Positions 12,985-29,300 of a stretch of 64,000 bases of DNA are shown piece after piece; within the stretch, counting starts at the first letter, position 1; each line of letters starts with the position of its first letter. The translations under genes and the position numbers were made by a program. Where the stretch lies: NCBI GenBank assembly GCA_964276515.1, contig OZ193910.1, forward strand, positions 5,394,001 to 5,458,000, given 5' to 3'. Source of the stretch: Gordius albopunctatus (taxonomy: Eukaryota). Under the pieces are notes generated by a model. It worked only from the letters and a program-made list of their open reading frames with translations. It was not told where the DNA came from and did no database searches.

Positions 12985-15586
12985 CATTAGCGTAGGGAAG
13001 GGGGGGGGTTTCGGGTTAGGACCCCCCATTGGGCAAAAAAATTTGAATTTTTTTTTCAAATTATGCGGAAAATTTCAATGATATTAATAGGAGTCTTGTT
13101 TGCACATATAGAAATAATAAGTTATCTTAATTAATTTGAAATTTAATTTTAGATGAAATATACTAATTCTAACACTATTTGTACAAAAACTTTCTGTCCC
13201 GAGTGCGTGTTTTGTAATAAGAAGAAATATAATTCCTAATTATTTCTCTAAAAAACTATCTCAACCTCTAAAATAAACGAGGGAAATGCTGATAAAAACC
13301 AAATTTTAGTTATAAAGGTAATTAATTATTTTATTTTTAAAAGTATTTAATATGGTTATTTAAACTCACATTAGTTCCTTGTTTATAGAAATTTTGGATA
13401 TACAACTAGAGACGAGTATAATAATAAAATACAAATAAATAATATTAATGTAAATAATAATTTTACAAAGCGTTTTGCATTCATGCTTCATTTCAAAACA
13501 TACTTTAAAATTTTATTTCTTTAGAAATTGTGCGTGCTGATTCTAGAGTCAAATTGTGCGTATTAATTCAACTAAAAATTAATATTTCTTATGGTTTAGT
13601 AAATTCATTTTTTTAAGTTTACTTTTTAAAGATCATAATATAGCTAACTTTATTATAGCAAATACAGCTGCCACCCCAAAAGCCGGGCATGGGCTTTTGT
13701 TAAAAATTGCGGGCCTAGCTTGGACGAGCGTTATGGTAATAAAAGGGGCTCGGGATGGCAAAACCTTTTTGTTTTACTAGATAAAAATAGTGTTTTTATT
13801 ATGTTTATCAAATTTTATTATTATTTAATTTTACAATACAAACAAGTCCTTATTACTTTTTGTTTGCTATTTATTCATAGAACTTGTGATTCTTAAAGAA
13901 GTGGATCCCAATGCTTTTATTCTTTAAAAAGGGAATCGTGAAACATTAAAAAAATATGTATATTTAGTATAAAGTTTTTTTTTTAAATTGACATGCTTTA
14001 TTAAATAAAAAGTATTAAATATTGAGTGGAATTAATAAAAAGATACAAGAACGAAAACATTTATATAAAAAAATGATTAAAACTCAATATCCGTTTCTTC
14101 ATCTTTGAGAATGGGCATTGAATCCATCAAAGAATAAAAATTAGATTTAGCCATCGCGATGGCAATTGATTGTCGTAGTAAAAAACTATTCGATATTTTA
14201 CAAGGGGGCGAGCGTTTATTGAGTTCTTTAAAAAAATTAAAGCGCTCTTCCCAAATGTCCCTGAGCACGATGAGACGATAGGAATAAAAATCGAGTTTTG
14301 GGATAAAGCTGAATATTTTAAGGATTTCCGATGCTCTGCCGATCCAAGGGGGTCGTGAGTATCGTTGGAGGGGGCAAAAAGGTCTATACAGGTGTAGTCC
14401 CATTTTAAGAAAAGGCCTTTGTCCCATGAGATAAGGGACGAACCGTCCGGGCGCATCCGCCCTTCGAGAGAGGGATCTGAAGGTTCAAGGATCGAAGGGA
14501 CTTTTGCCCGTTTGAGGGCAGCTTGAAGTAGTGTATTTATTTTTTGGTGCCTACCATACCGGCTTTTGTTAAATTTACAATGCAGAGGGTGACGTGCTTC
14601 CTCATCTACAAGTGAATTACAAAGCCGGCAGGGGTATGAGGACGTGTATTTACAGCCCAAGCGGAGGGCTATATTGTAGGAGAGGGTAGGATTCTCCAAA
14701 AACATACCCGAAAGCTTACTAGGGTAAGCTTCAAGCCATTCATGTCCGGATTGGTCGAAAGCCAATGACCTAAGGTTGCAATGCTGTTTGGCGTCGCATG
14801 TCGAGAGAAGGTAAGCAACGGACCGCGACACCAAGCTTGCATCCAAATCTTTTTGAGCGTATGATTGTGGTATATTAGCTCCTACATTGACGTTCTCATT
14901 CCATAAGGATAGGGCTTGATTTATGGAGGGATTAAGTGGGAATGGGACAAGGTCGTTGATATGATGTTTAAAAGATAGAGAGGAAGAAATAAAGGCGGAT
15001 AGAGTTTCAATTATCATAAATGATTTTATGCAGCTTCAAGTGCTACTAATGAAAATTTAACTTATTGGAAGAAACAAAAGCCTGTTTGAGACTGATGTAT
15101 TTAATATGATTAATATTAAACAATTTTAACATATAAATAATTGTTTTGGTACTGACAAAAAATTTTTAAAAATCCGCAGAATATATGATTTTTTGGGAGG
15201 GTGTAGGCTGGGCCTGTGCATTATAAAAAATCAGTGGGGCGAACTCGGGCTTATAATCTCATTATAAATGTCCCGGGCGGGACATTTTTTATTACTGGTG
15301 GGAAGATTAGGCATAAAAGGTCCATGCAAGTGTTTAGTTCAACAATGGGCCTAATTAGCACTAACAGAAAAATTGAAAGGACTCATTGCAATTTGGCATT
15401 TTTCACCAAAAACCCATCTTAGATATTAAATTTATATAATTTTAATTCGTTTTTGTTTACCCTACCCCTTACTTAGATGATCCTGCCTCCGCCACTACTG
15501 TATATAAGCTTTAAAAATTTTTTTAATAGTATTATATACCAAAATTTTTTGAACCCCCCCTCAACGCAAACCTGGCTACGCCTATG
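12985..15586. mobile_element. hAT-type non-autonomous element (CATGGGCGTAGCCAG family) carrying nested inserts
   Basis: Ends CATTAGCGTAG / CTACGCCTATG and perfect 8-bp TSD CCTTAAAC; interrupts the MULE reading frame. Confidence 0.75.
13975..15005 (-). mobile_element. 5'-truncated CRE-clade non-LTR retrotransposon (zinc knuckle + restriction-like endonuclease + 3'UTR + polyA)
   Basis: ORF 14127-15017 with CRLC...HPLHC and RPDG; near-identical to 60060-61020; T-run at 13975-13984. Confidence 0.85.
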
Positions 15587-17864
15587 CCTTAAACCTTCTA
15601 AGTGGTAGGCGTTCTCTCAGTAAAAATTCATCTTTTATTAGCTTATTGACTGATTCTAAGGAATTATTTGTACTGGGAAAACTCTGCCTATACCCCTCAT
15701 ATCATGTGTTATTTTTCTTGACCTATTCTTTATGAAAATAGTGGCAAAATTTAGAAGCCCTAGATGTTTCATAAATAAACTAGATGCTTTTCAAATACCT
15801 TGGAATTCTGACACAATTGAATTGCATCAATATCATTTAAAATTTCCTTTCGGTACACTTTGTCTGCCAGTATAACCCATATCATAAACTAGTATTAAAG
15901 TATAAAATTATTTAAAATGAGTGCAAAAGAGGAAGTAGTTTATAAAATAAAATTTATTTTTATTAACATATTAACAAAATTAAACACATTATTTTTGTAA
16001 ATTGTATATATAAATCTATATGAATATCAAATTAAAATATTATCAACATATCAATAAACAAGCATATCATTAATTTTATAAATATAGAGTATAACCATTT
16101 CTGGATTAATTAGAAAATCATAATCTTACAAAATGAATAAAGGTTAAATATTGTTGATCAACCTGAAGCGGATGGAACCATATACATATATTTAGTTATG
16201 CCTTTGTTTATCCAATATCTCCCTTGAATCAACCTCTTGATGCCTTTACCTTTTGTTTCATACAAGGTCTCATAAACAAAACAAGGAAGGCAATTTTCAT
16301 ATTTTATTGCAAAGCATCCTAAAAAATTTAAGTTTATAAATTTACTTGGCAGCGTTGGGATCAGAAGGGGCAAAAATTATATCTTGTATACAAAGAAAAA
16401 GATGTATCCACATTTTATAGAGCTTTTCCATATATTTCAAAATCGATTCCCATTTAAAATGATACCACTAGATTCATCTACCCATCAAACAATTTACTAA
16501 TCTGCTAGGCAATAAGGAGGATGGGGGAATATTTTAAAAAATGAATGAATTTTATTTTCGTTCAGACGAGCATTTTGAGTCCATGTGTAACACCAGAGAC
16601 TCTTACATAAATATTTCGGGTTCGAATCTCCCTTAAGGTTTTTATTTAAAAAACTAGTTCGTAGTTACTTTGTATAAATAAAAAAATTACTGAGCAAAAT
16701 TTGAATAAAAAACTGAACAAACTGAACAAATAATTAAATTACTGAACATTAAATTATTTACTGAGGATTTAATTATTCTACTGAGCATTTGAATATTCTA
16801 CTGAGCAAAAAATGAATTAAGTACTGAGCTCAATAATTTGTTCTCCTAAATTTCCTACCCTGATCATCGTCGTACACGCACTGCTCTGTTCAGGGAGAAT
16901 CCTTCTGGCTTGGCCCTACCGTCCTCAACCGGCATTACCCTTGAGCGCATATTGACTACACTGTCCTGTACAGGCAACATTCATGCATAAAGTTACATAC
17001 CACCACGTCTTTTTGTCCACCCGCCTTCTTCCGATCATCAAGCAGGTCAGAATTTTTCTGAAACGCTATCGCGTCCCAGCACCGGAATTACTTACCTTCG
17101 ACGCCTTATATCGCACTGCTCGGTACCAGCTGATCAAGGACCATGACGGAAGACGATTGACGGTCACATGCGCGTCCATCATATCAATAAATATATAACG
17201 GCAATATCTAATGATGCGGGAAACCCAAGAAAAATCTCGGTCTCGTATTAAAAAAAACTTACCCGAGATTGAGAGGATAATTTTGATGTCGAGACGAGAC
17301 GATATGAGATTTCGGGAAGATCTCTTAAAATTTTTTATCAATCATAAATTTTAGTAAATTTAATTGAGTATTTTTATTTTGTATAATTAACATTTAAGGT
17401 AATATTATTGAAATATGTTTGATATTAAAAAAACACCCAAATACGATTATCTATTTTTACCTAAGACTAATAGACTGCTCATCTCTTATATAATCACGCA
17501 TTAAAAGTGTTGCAAAAACGACCGCCATTTTGATAAGTGATCTAAAGTTTGTATAGCGATGGATTGTAAAGTACATGACAAAAATTAAAATTATTTCGCC
17601 AAAAAATATAAGTTCATAACCGCTAAGAAATTGATGATTTTACACAAATTTACTTCCTTTATAATTTATAATTTGGTGGTCTTAGTTTTTTGTCCTCTAT
17701 TATATTAATGATATTTTAAAATATAGTGACACTTCTATATTATTTATTAATAAAATTTATTGATTTAATAATGTGGAGATATAAAAAAATCGAATAGTAA
17801 AATATTAAATTTTAGAGCTTTATACATTAAATTACAACGAGTTAAACTTTTGGGTCCTATTGAC

Positions 17865-20800
17865 TAGAGGTAAGCGCGGGCCGTGAAATTACGCACCGTG
17901 CTCATCCCACAATAAATGAAGTTTATCTGCGGAGACAAAAATTATTAAAGTTTTGGTAACCCTCTGAAGGGGATACAATAATAATAGAAGCCTTAAAAAT
18001 CAGGACTGGATGTCTTTTAAAAGAAAGATTTATGGCTACCTAGGCAATTTGAATAAAGCAACTCACATCGGTTACCTAGGAAAAAACTTAACCTTTATTA
18101 TTCAAGTATTCATACACCTTAATCATAATGTCTGACATTTCAACGTTATTATTCACACAAATAACCTCGCCAGATGTGTATATAAACGCGAAAGTATTTA
18201 TTCATTTTGTTTTACTTTCTATTATTTGGAAATAAAATAGTTGTTTGTTCTCCTACATTTCTTTGTTTAATAAATACTATATTTATTTTACTATATAGGA
18301 CTAAAGCAGCAACAAATGGTGACCCCGACTCCGAAAATGGAAACTAAACATATGGATGAAGATTCAACTGGGAAAAATTCGATATACTTCAAGCTACCCA
18401 CGTTTAACACCTTAAACCCAAGAATTTGGTTTATTCAAATTGAATCTCTCTTTAAAATACGGAAAATTAAAAGTGAATTTACCAAATTAGGTTACCTAAT
18501 TGAAAACCTTCCTCATGAGGTCACGACAGAAATACAAGACCTTTTAGAAAACATTCCAACCGAAGCTCCGTTTACTACCCTCAAGGAGGCTATAATTACA
18601 CGCACATCCCGGAGTGATACGCTGCGCCTTCATGATCTTCTTACTAACATAGAATTGGGTGACCGAACACCATCTCAGCTATTACGTTATATGAAAAACT
18701 TATTAGGTAAACATACAATGGACGATACTATACTAAAACAACTCTGGATGGATAAACTACCAACCACAATGACCGGTATACTATCTATTTTTGCCCAAGA
18801 CCAATCTCCCACAAAATTGGCAGAAACTGCAGAAGCTGCTACATACCACGTAAACCCAATAATTAATTCTCTAAATCCTAGTCTGAATAAGAGTTGGAGG
18901 AACTTAAAGAGCTCGTTAAAAACCTAAATATCACAGTAGACACACTAAAAAGGGATGTACAAAAATTACGAACACGTTCTTTTTCAAGACATCGATCCTA
19001 TTCCCGTCACGCACGCACCACAAAGACAAACGAGCCTACTCTATGCTGGTATCACCATAAATTCCAAGACAAGGACACTAAATGTATAGAACCTTGTAAA
19101 TTCCAACAAAGAGAGTCAAACTAATAGGCCAGCCAGCAAAAGCGACGCCTGGCAACGGCCTTAAAAAAACTAATTCTTCTACTATGAATTTTTTAGTCGA
19201 CACCGGCGCAGAAATTAGTGTAATACCGGCAACCATGCAAGCACCATAAAAACTTTTGGCCAAAAATTGTTAAGATTAGACTTAAGCTGTAAACGATCAT
19301 ATCAATGGATTTTTACAATAGCCGACGTAAAGTTCCCAATATTAGGAGCTGATTTTTTAACTAATTTTAACTTTATTATTAATATTTCAAAAAAACAACT
19401 GATCGAATCACCAATTACACCGGTCAAAGAGATTGCTGTAAACTCACAATTAGCTGTAGTAAATCCTCCGGAATTTAATTGGCTATTAAAAAAATTTCCA
19501 GCTGTTTTAAAACCTACAGTATATACACCAAAAGTAAAACATAATACACAACATCATATAGAATCAGAAGGACCTCCAATATTCTCCAAACCAAGACGGT
19601 TGAATGAGGAGAAACTTAAGGTAGCAAAAAAGTGTTGAATTCAGGCATCATCAGAGCATCCAATAGCTGCTGGGCTTCACCACTCCACATGGTACCAAAA
19701 AAGAACAATGAGTGGAGACCATGTGGAGATTATCGAGCCCTCTAGGACACATCATCACGTCTCAAGGGTTAAAACCTATACGCGATAAAATAGACACAAT
19801 TGATAAATTTCCGATCCCAACTACAATGACACAATTGAGATGATTTATTGGCATGATAAAATTTTATCGACGGTTTATTCCTAAATGTGCAGATATCCTC
19901 AAACACACCAAAAGACCAATAGAGTTAGCACAAGAAGCAAAGGAAGCATTTATTCAGGAACAAATAACTAGTCTATCTCATTTAGACGAAAGGAACAAAA
20001 TATCACTTACAACGGACGCTTCAAATTACGCCGTAGGAGGAGTTCTCCAACAACAAACTTCAAACGGTGATATTCTACCGCTCGCTTTCTTCTCAAAAAA
20101 ACTTTCACTAACTTCAAACACGCTATAGCACCTTCAGCCGAGAACTACTGGCCATTTATGTCATGATAAAATATTACAACCATGTTCTCGAAGGACGACA
20201 TTTCACAGTATATACTGACCACAAACCCTTAACTTATGCACTTTTAAGGCAAAGTTAGACAAATACTCTCCTCGTGAAATTCGTCAACTGGACTACATAT
20301 CTCAATTCACATCGGACATCCAATATATCCGAGGTAACACAAACATTGTGGCTGATACTCTGTCACGTACAGACATTGATACAATCCAACTCCTAGCATC
20401 ACAGTCATTGCTGGAACTAATAGCTACGAGACAAAAACTTGAAAATTACACAAATGATGAAATGAAATACTTAATATTGGAACAATTCCCAATACCAGAT
20501 TCCAAACAAAATATCATTTGTGATGTCTCTCAAGCAACGCCTCGACCCCTGGTACCTGCTACCTTGCGACAAACAGCTTTTAATCAATATCACGTATTAT
20601 CACATCCGGGTATCAATTCAACCTTAAAACCTATTTCAAAACGTTTTGTCTGGCCTAAAATGAATCATGATGTACGAAGATGGGCTCAGCAACGTCATAA
20701 TTGCCAGGTCAGAAAAATACATAAACATGTTATTTCTACGCCAGGTACATTTAACCAACCAGATGCTCGATTCAGCCATGTCCACCTAGACATCGTTGGC

Positions 20801-22819
20801 CCCTTACCACCATCCAATGGTTACAACTACATTTTTACAGCCATAGATAGATACACCCGGTGGCCAATAGCAATACCTATAAAAGATACCTCTGCCGAAA
20901 CTGTAAGTAGTACATTTTTAACACATTGGATAGCAAACTTCGGCGTCCCAAGCACGATAACTACCGACACAGGATCGCAGTTTCGTTCAACGCTATTCCG
21001 ACAATTTTCCCAACTTATTGGTTATCATCACATAACTACAACTGTCTATCACCCACAAGCCAATGGGCTGGTCGAACGTTTCCATCGTCAATTAAAGAGT
21101 TCGATAATGGCAAAAAACAACACTAACAAATGGTCCGAATCACTTCCGTTGATATTACTAAGCATTAGAACGACAATCAAAGAAGATCTAGCCTGTTCTA
21201 GTGCTGAACTAGTATATGGGACTACCTTACATCTTCCGGGCGACTTCATACAACATTCGTCACTCGATAGCACTGCTAGCGAGTTTGTACAACGCCTTAG
21301 ACAACATTTCGACAACGTACGTTTTTCACCACCACGTCAACCGAACACTAAACAACAAATCCGTACCGATTTGTTTTCTACACCTTACATTTTTATCAGA
21401 ACTGATAAAGTTCGAAAAAGCTTATCCCCACCATATGAAGGCCCTTTCAAAGTTATCGATAGACAAACTAAATACTTTATAGTAGACAGAAACGGGAAAC
21501 ATGATAACATTTCTATCGATCGGTTAAAACCAGCTTATACTGAATCAGTCAACCATACTGAACCACTGTTAAAAGGCCCGCTCATTCAAACCAAACCTTC
21601 CACCTCTACGTCCACAACAACCTCAACAACAAATCATACAACAACAAAATCAGGACGAAAAGTGCATTGGCCAGTTAAATTAGCTGAATACATATATTTT
21701 TAGCACTCCTTGCAAACTGGAGGGGGAATTATATGGCTACCTAGGCAATTTGAATAAAGCAACTCACATCGGTTACCTAGGAAAAAAACTTAACCTTTAT
21801 TATTCAAGTATTCATACACCTTAATCATAAAAATGAATACATTCAAGTATTTGAATGTCTGACATTTCAACGTTATTTTTCACACAAATAACCTCGCCAG
21901 ATGTGTATATAAACGCGAAAGTATTTATTCATTTTGTTTTGCTTTCTATTATTTGGAAATAAAATAGTTGTTTGTTCTCCTACATTTCTTTGTTTAATAA
22001 ATACTATATTTATTTTACTATATAGGACTAAAGCAGCAACAGATTCATCATGTAGCCCCTACATAAAGTGCTTAATTTTGGATCCCAATTTCAAAAGCCT
22101 TAAGTTTTTATCAGAAGAAGAAAAAAACGATATATATAAAACTACCATAAAAATGCTAAATGTCATAAAATATGATATGGATAAGTCAATGCCAAAACCA
22201 ACTATTAGCTGTCATAATTCGTCCTACACTCACAAGAAACCTAATATTCTAAATTAAACATTTAGAGAATTTCTAGATGATACTGATGAACCCTCACCAT
22301 CTATTGAAGAAAGCTGCGAGGATGAACTTAAAAGATTCATCGCTCAAAGGACAAATAACAATGATAGTATTTTGAAGTTTTGGAAGCATGAAAATTCGTT
22401 TCCTTTTTTTAAAAAATTAGCGAGTAAAATTTTATCCGTCCCTGCAAGTTCGGCATCTAGTGAAAGATTGTTTTCTGTAGCCAATCGCTTGTTGGAGGAA
22501 AGGCGTACTCAATTAAAATCAAAAAACATGGATATTATTCTTTTTTTAAATAAAAATTTGAATTTATAAATTGTATTTATTTTTTGTTATGGAATTATAG
22601 AAATAATAAATTCAAAAAAGTGTATAATTATAGGTTACCAATTTTGAAAAATTTAAAAACACCGTGAATTTTCGGGCGTGACGTGCGTGAATCAAAATAT
22701 TACCTTTCGTGAGCGGGCGGGTCGGGTCAAAAAATTTTGCATGAGTGGGCGTGAATTTTTTTAATACCACCGTGAGTGGGCGGGCCGTGAATAAAAAATT
22801 AGGCCCGCGTCCACCTCTA
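17865..22819 (+). mobile_element. Internally deleted hAT transposon hosting a gypsy insertion
   Basis: TIR TAGAGGT..GCGCGGGCC / GGCCCGCGTCCACCTCTA, perfect 8-bp TSD CTATTGAC, LDPNFK motif and hATC motif SVPASSASSERLFS (22372-22569). Confidence 0.9.
18031..22041 (+). mobile_element. Ty3/gypsy LTR retrotransposon, CsRn1/Kabuki clade, defective (RT core deleted)
   Basis: LTRs 18031-18314 and 21732-22041, TSD GATT, PBS TGGTGACCCCGAC (tRNA-Trp type), PPT before 21732. Gag with CHCC motif CWYHHKF...CIEPC, protease LVDTGA, RNase H TDAS, open integrase with GPY/F-type tail (20348-21703). Confidence 0.95.
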
Positions 22820-23609
22820 CTATTGACATTAAAAGCGAGTTGGGAGTTTATGAAGTATAACAAGTATCTAAGAATTTATGATCTTTAAGACAAGGAGAAT
22901 GACATAGTTGCCATATTTCATGGAAAGAAGAAAGATATTAATGAATTTCCCTTTTGCAAGAAAAGTCATATCAAGGTTCCTTTTTAGACTTAAAATTTTT
23001 TAATCATGGTAATACAAAAAATAAAACAAATATCTCTAATAAATTTTGTAAACTCTAATTGCAATTTAATTTATAATAGATGCACTTTGTAATTAACTAA
23101 TCTTTAGGTATTAAGGACTTCTATATAAGATAATTGTAAAATTTAAAAAAGGGATAAATGATAATATATGATAGTGATGATAAAATGTATTAAGTTAAGA
23201 TTATGCTGATAATGAATTAAGATTATGATAATAACTGGGTAAGAATAAGATATTTTTTTATTACAAAGTAATTGGCCGGGGAGGGACTATAAACAAAGGA
23301 ATATTTAAAAACGCAAAAAACATATGATTTTGCTTGGTTTTAGTTTAAAATATTAAAATATACATTTATAAAAATACTTTGAAACCGATATTAAAAGTTA
23401 GATGATGATATATAAATATAAGGTATAATGATCAAACGTTTCGTCTTTCATATATTCACATATAATTATAATATTTTTTTCCTTGTGGAATCAATTACTT
23501 TGTTGAAGCCGATAATTAAGTTTTTTGCAAAAATTAATATATCGAAATTTTGGGGCTAGGGCTGTGTTCAGGCTAAAAAATGTAAAATGCTGATGGGTCG
23601 GGTCGGGTT

Positions 23610-23941
23610 AGGGTGGCGTAGCCGGGGGGGGGAGGCAGGGGAGGGCGCCCCCCCCCTCCCCTAAATGACGAAAATTTTTTTTTCAATGCAAAAACCCTTA
23701 AATATTAAAACATTTTATGCCCCCCCATTGAACTTTTAGACATTTCACCCCCCCCCCAATCCAAAGCCCATGTGCAGCCAGGTTTTGGATTAGGGGGGTG
23801 GAGGGGGCAAAACGTTCAAAAGTTCAATAAGGGAGGGGGGGGCAAAACATAAATTTTTTTAATTTTAAACGATTTTTACATTGAATTTTTTTTTCGCAAT
23901 TTAGAAGGGGAGGCGGCCGCCCCCCTCCTGGCTACGCCCAT
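23610..23941. mobile_element. G/C-run MITE (GGCGTAGCC...GGCTACGCCCATG family), two arms forming a palindrome
   Basis: Same end motifs recur at ~558, 5072, 29520, 44612, 48168-48444 (8-bp TSD AAATTTAG) and 56599-56745. Confidence 0.65.
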
Positions 23942-24361
23942 GTGTAGGCCTCTATCTCCTATGTAGCTTGTGTAAAAGCGCTATTGAGTAAGATTCATTT
24001 TAATTGATGTCTATGAAAGGTAGTGAGTAGTAAGTTATTTAATTTCATACATTATAATTATTACTAATACGGCATATGAATATTCCAAATTAATTTAAAG
24101 TACAGTAAAAATAATAACTTTGCTGACTTATTGCTATTGAAATACATTAATTTGTATTGAATTCTCTAAATCGTTGAGATCTGTCAAGATCTTCTAAAAA
24201 ATTCACAATCCTAGCCTAGCATCCAGATTTTATAATTGGGGATAATTGTCTCAGAAATATAAATTATGACATAATATCGATCCAATTTTCCTTTGAAAAC
24301 TTTTTTAACCAAAATCTAACCATAACTCGATCAGACGTACTTAACGCTATTTTATGCATTT

Positions 24362-27210
<2,849 letters not shown>

Positions 27211-28292
27211 TATGGAGCCCCAACCTATTGCCGCAAGTTTATGCGGTTAATTTTATCCCCCTTTTCCCCACACTAGCTTACATTATATTTATCATCATTA
27301 ATATTACTCCACCCATACACTAAACCCCTAACGACTCAATTTATCGCGCATTATAAATATTTTACAAGAATTTCACTCCTCGTCTTATTGCTAAGAGGCT
27401 ATTAGAAACAAACACATTGAAATAGAACCACTTTGCGGAATATAGACTTGTAAACGTCTATCCTTAAGTTTTGTGTTTATAAATTGATTTGTACAAATTT
27501 TAACACTGGATATAGTTGCCCTATGAATGCTTACTTAATACCACAAAAATGAGCGTGAAATATGTGTTTAGTTCCGAGGATGGATACATAGCGATTAACG
27601 TGTGTGTACCCAACCTCTTTTAATATATTATTATGTCGCAATATATGTTTAGGCTTATATATATATACTCTCGCTCACTTATTTATGTTATACACATTCC
27701 TTTACAATATTGTATGAGATTTGTACATATTTTGTTAAGTTAAAATGCGTATGATCTTTACTTTTTTGTTGATAGAAACTTGAAAAAACGCTTATCAAAT
27801 GGTTTTAACTCTTTATTTATACTTCTCATATAATAAAATAGTTAATTTTTACTCAAATGACTGCTTTATTCAATTATCGTGGCAGCTTTGCATATTTTTA
27901 GAATGAATTACCACAAATTCTTGATTCCTTACCCTTAGGAGTTTGGATCGTTTAAAAAAGTGTAATTTAAAATTATACTCGGTGCATCAAATTTTCAATT
28001 AATTTCCTATAAAAAGTATTTATAAAAAAGATTTGCTTTAAATTTTAATACAAGAATGTATGACTAGGGCTTTACAAAACTTAAAAATCCTCAAAAAACT
28101 AAAATTAAAATATTTTTAAGGCTTTTTTCTATTAAATTTGCCTTATTGAGAGTCAAAAGCAAAGCTATGTTCAGCATACAATACTTCCTTCATGCCTTAA
28201 AAATTAATAGAAAAACGTTTTATCCAAGGATGATGCCAAGTCTAAATTGATATGATTTTTGTGTAGCGGCGTTTTATTAATAAGAAATTGCA

Positions 28293-29300
28293 TAGTTTGT
28301 GGTGATGGGCGCGCTAGATAGCGTGTCCTAGGGTGTGCTGAGGGTGTATTATAGTCTTAGGAAAAAGAGCCACACCCACACTGTAAGTCTCCTTTTCTGG
28401 TGAAGACATTCAGTGTGGGTGTGTTGAATACCGACCATTAGCTAGTCTATTATTTTTTCGTAGAGACCCGATGGACCCTTTGATATATGCTAAGGGGGTG
28501 TTATTAGATAGTTGTTATTGTCATCATCATCAACACGGTGTGTGCTGTTGTGCCTGCAGTGAAGTCAAACTTGTTAATCTCTAAGCTATCTTCCTATCTA
28601 TAAAGTGTACTAATATTAAATTAAAGACTTTGCTAAGCTAATACGAAACGATTACCGGACAGGACATTCAACTTTTTTTATAACAATTAGGCCAGGGGCG
28701 TACGCAGGGTTGTATAATTTTTTTTGGGAGGGGTATAAGAGGAAGGGAGGGTTACAATATCAAATAAACTGTATCTAAGCTTGGTGTTTTTGTTATGCCC
28801 CTCCAAAAATATAATGTTCTTAAGCCCTTGTAATTATTACACAAATTATAAATTATTTTTATTTTTCGACTAATTTTTATCTGTAACAAGTAAAAGCACA
28901 AAAAACATTCGATCTCAAAAAAAAATTATTTTTATCCAAAAAAATAGCTACAAAAAAAATTTAAGCATGAAAATTTTATAACCCCCTCCTTCAAAAAATT
29001 CTTCTTATGTTTCTAGGTTTTTATAAGCGTCTTAAAGTCTTTGATGTAACTAAACTATAATATTTTAACCCATTTAATTTAGTTATTAATCAAAAAACTT
29101 GTCATGAATTTCCCGTCCCCCCTTCTCCTCATTAAAAAGTAAATAGTACAAAGAACTATTTACCCCCTCATGCCTCCTTATTTGTTTCAGTGAATAATGT
29201 AATGGCACGTGTGGCGGTTCTATTTTCTACAATTTATGACCATGGGGGACTAGGCAAGCGCGTATTACGATGCACCTTTATAAGGGTGTGGCTTCTTAGT
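28293..29300. mobile_element. Older copy of the hAT MITE seen at 44836-45345, in opposite orientation, with a nested insert
   Basis: Shared blocks (GAGCCACACC..CACTGT..TCTCCTTTTCT..CATTCAGTGTGGGTGTGTT) in reverse complement. Confidence 0.5.

Larger units (their letters stand above)
11838..16845 (-). mobile_element. Mutator-like element (MULE) with a decayed transposase and SWIM zinc finger
   Basis: Minus-strand YEGYRQSFPSTNNSLESVNKLIKDEFLLRERLPL (15600-15710), continuing across a hAT insert to CNCPLLFKQYICK (SWIM). Inverted TGCTCAGT/ACTGAGCA terminal arrays. Near-perfect 9-bp TSD CTAAATTTT / CTAAATTTC. Confidence 0.7.
8158..17200 (+). pseudogene. Remnant of an unidentified protein-coding sequence, split by RTE and MULE insertions (pieces ~8158-8332, 11782-11837, 16855-17200)
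   Basis: Colinear, codon-type similarity to 34237-34765 (LGAMN..TG, FAHP, VTYH.V..PIIK.V, YRT.RYQLI). The pieces rejoin across the TSDs of both inserts. Confidence 0.55.

Noticed and set aside
12920..15730. Stops at expected Trp positions in the MULE (and in decayed RTEs), suggesting a variant genetic code
   Set aside because: Both TGA and TAG occur, intact genes use TGG for Trp and end in TAG/TGA. Ordinary G>A decay explains it.
8097..17532. Inverted match between 8097-8156 and 17462-17532 (GATGAGCAGTCTATT...)
   Set aside because: The termini face each other rather than enclosing the interval, so these are best read as ends of two separate TE copies, not TIRs of one element.
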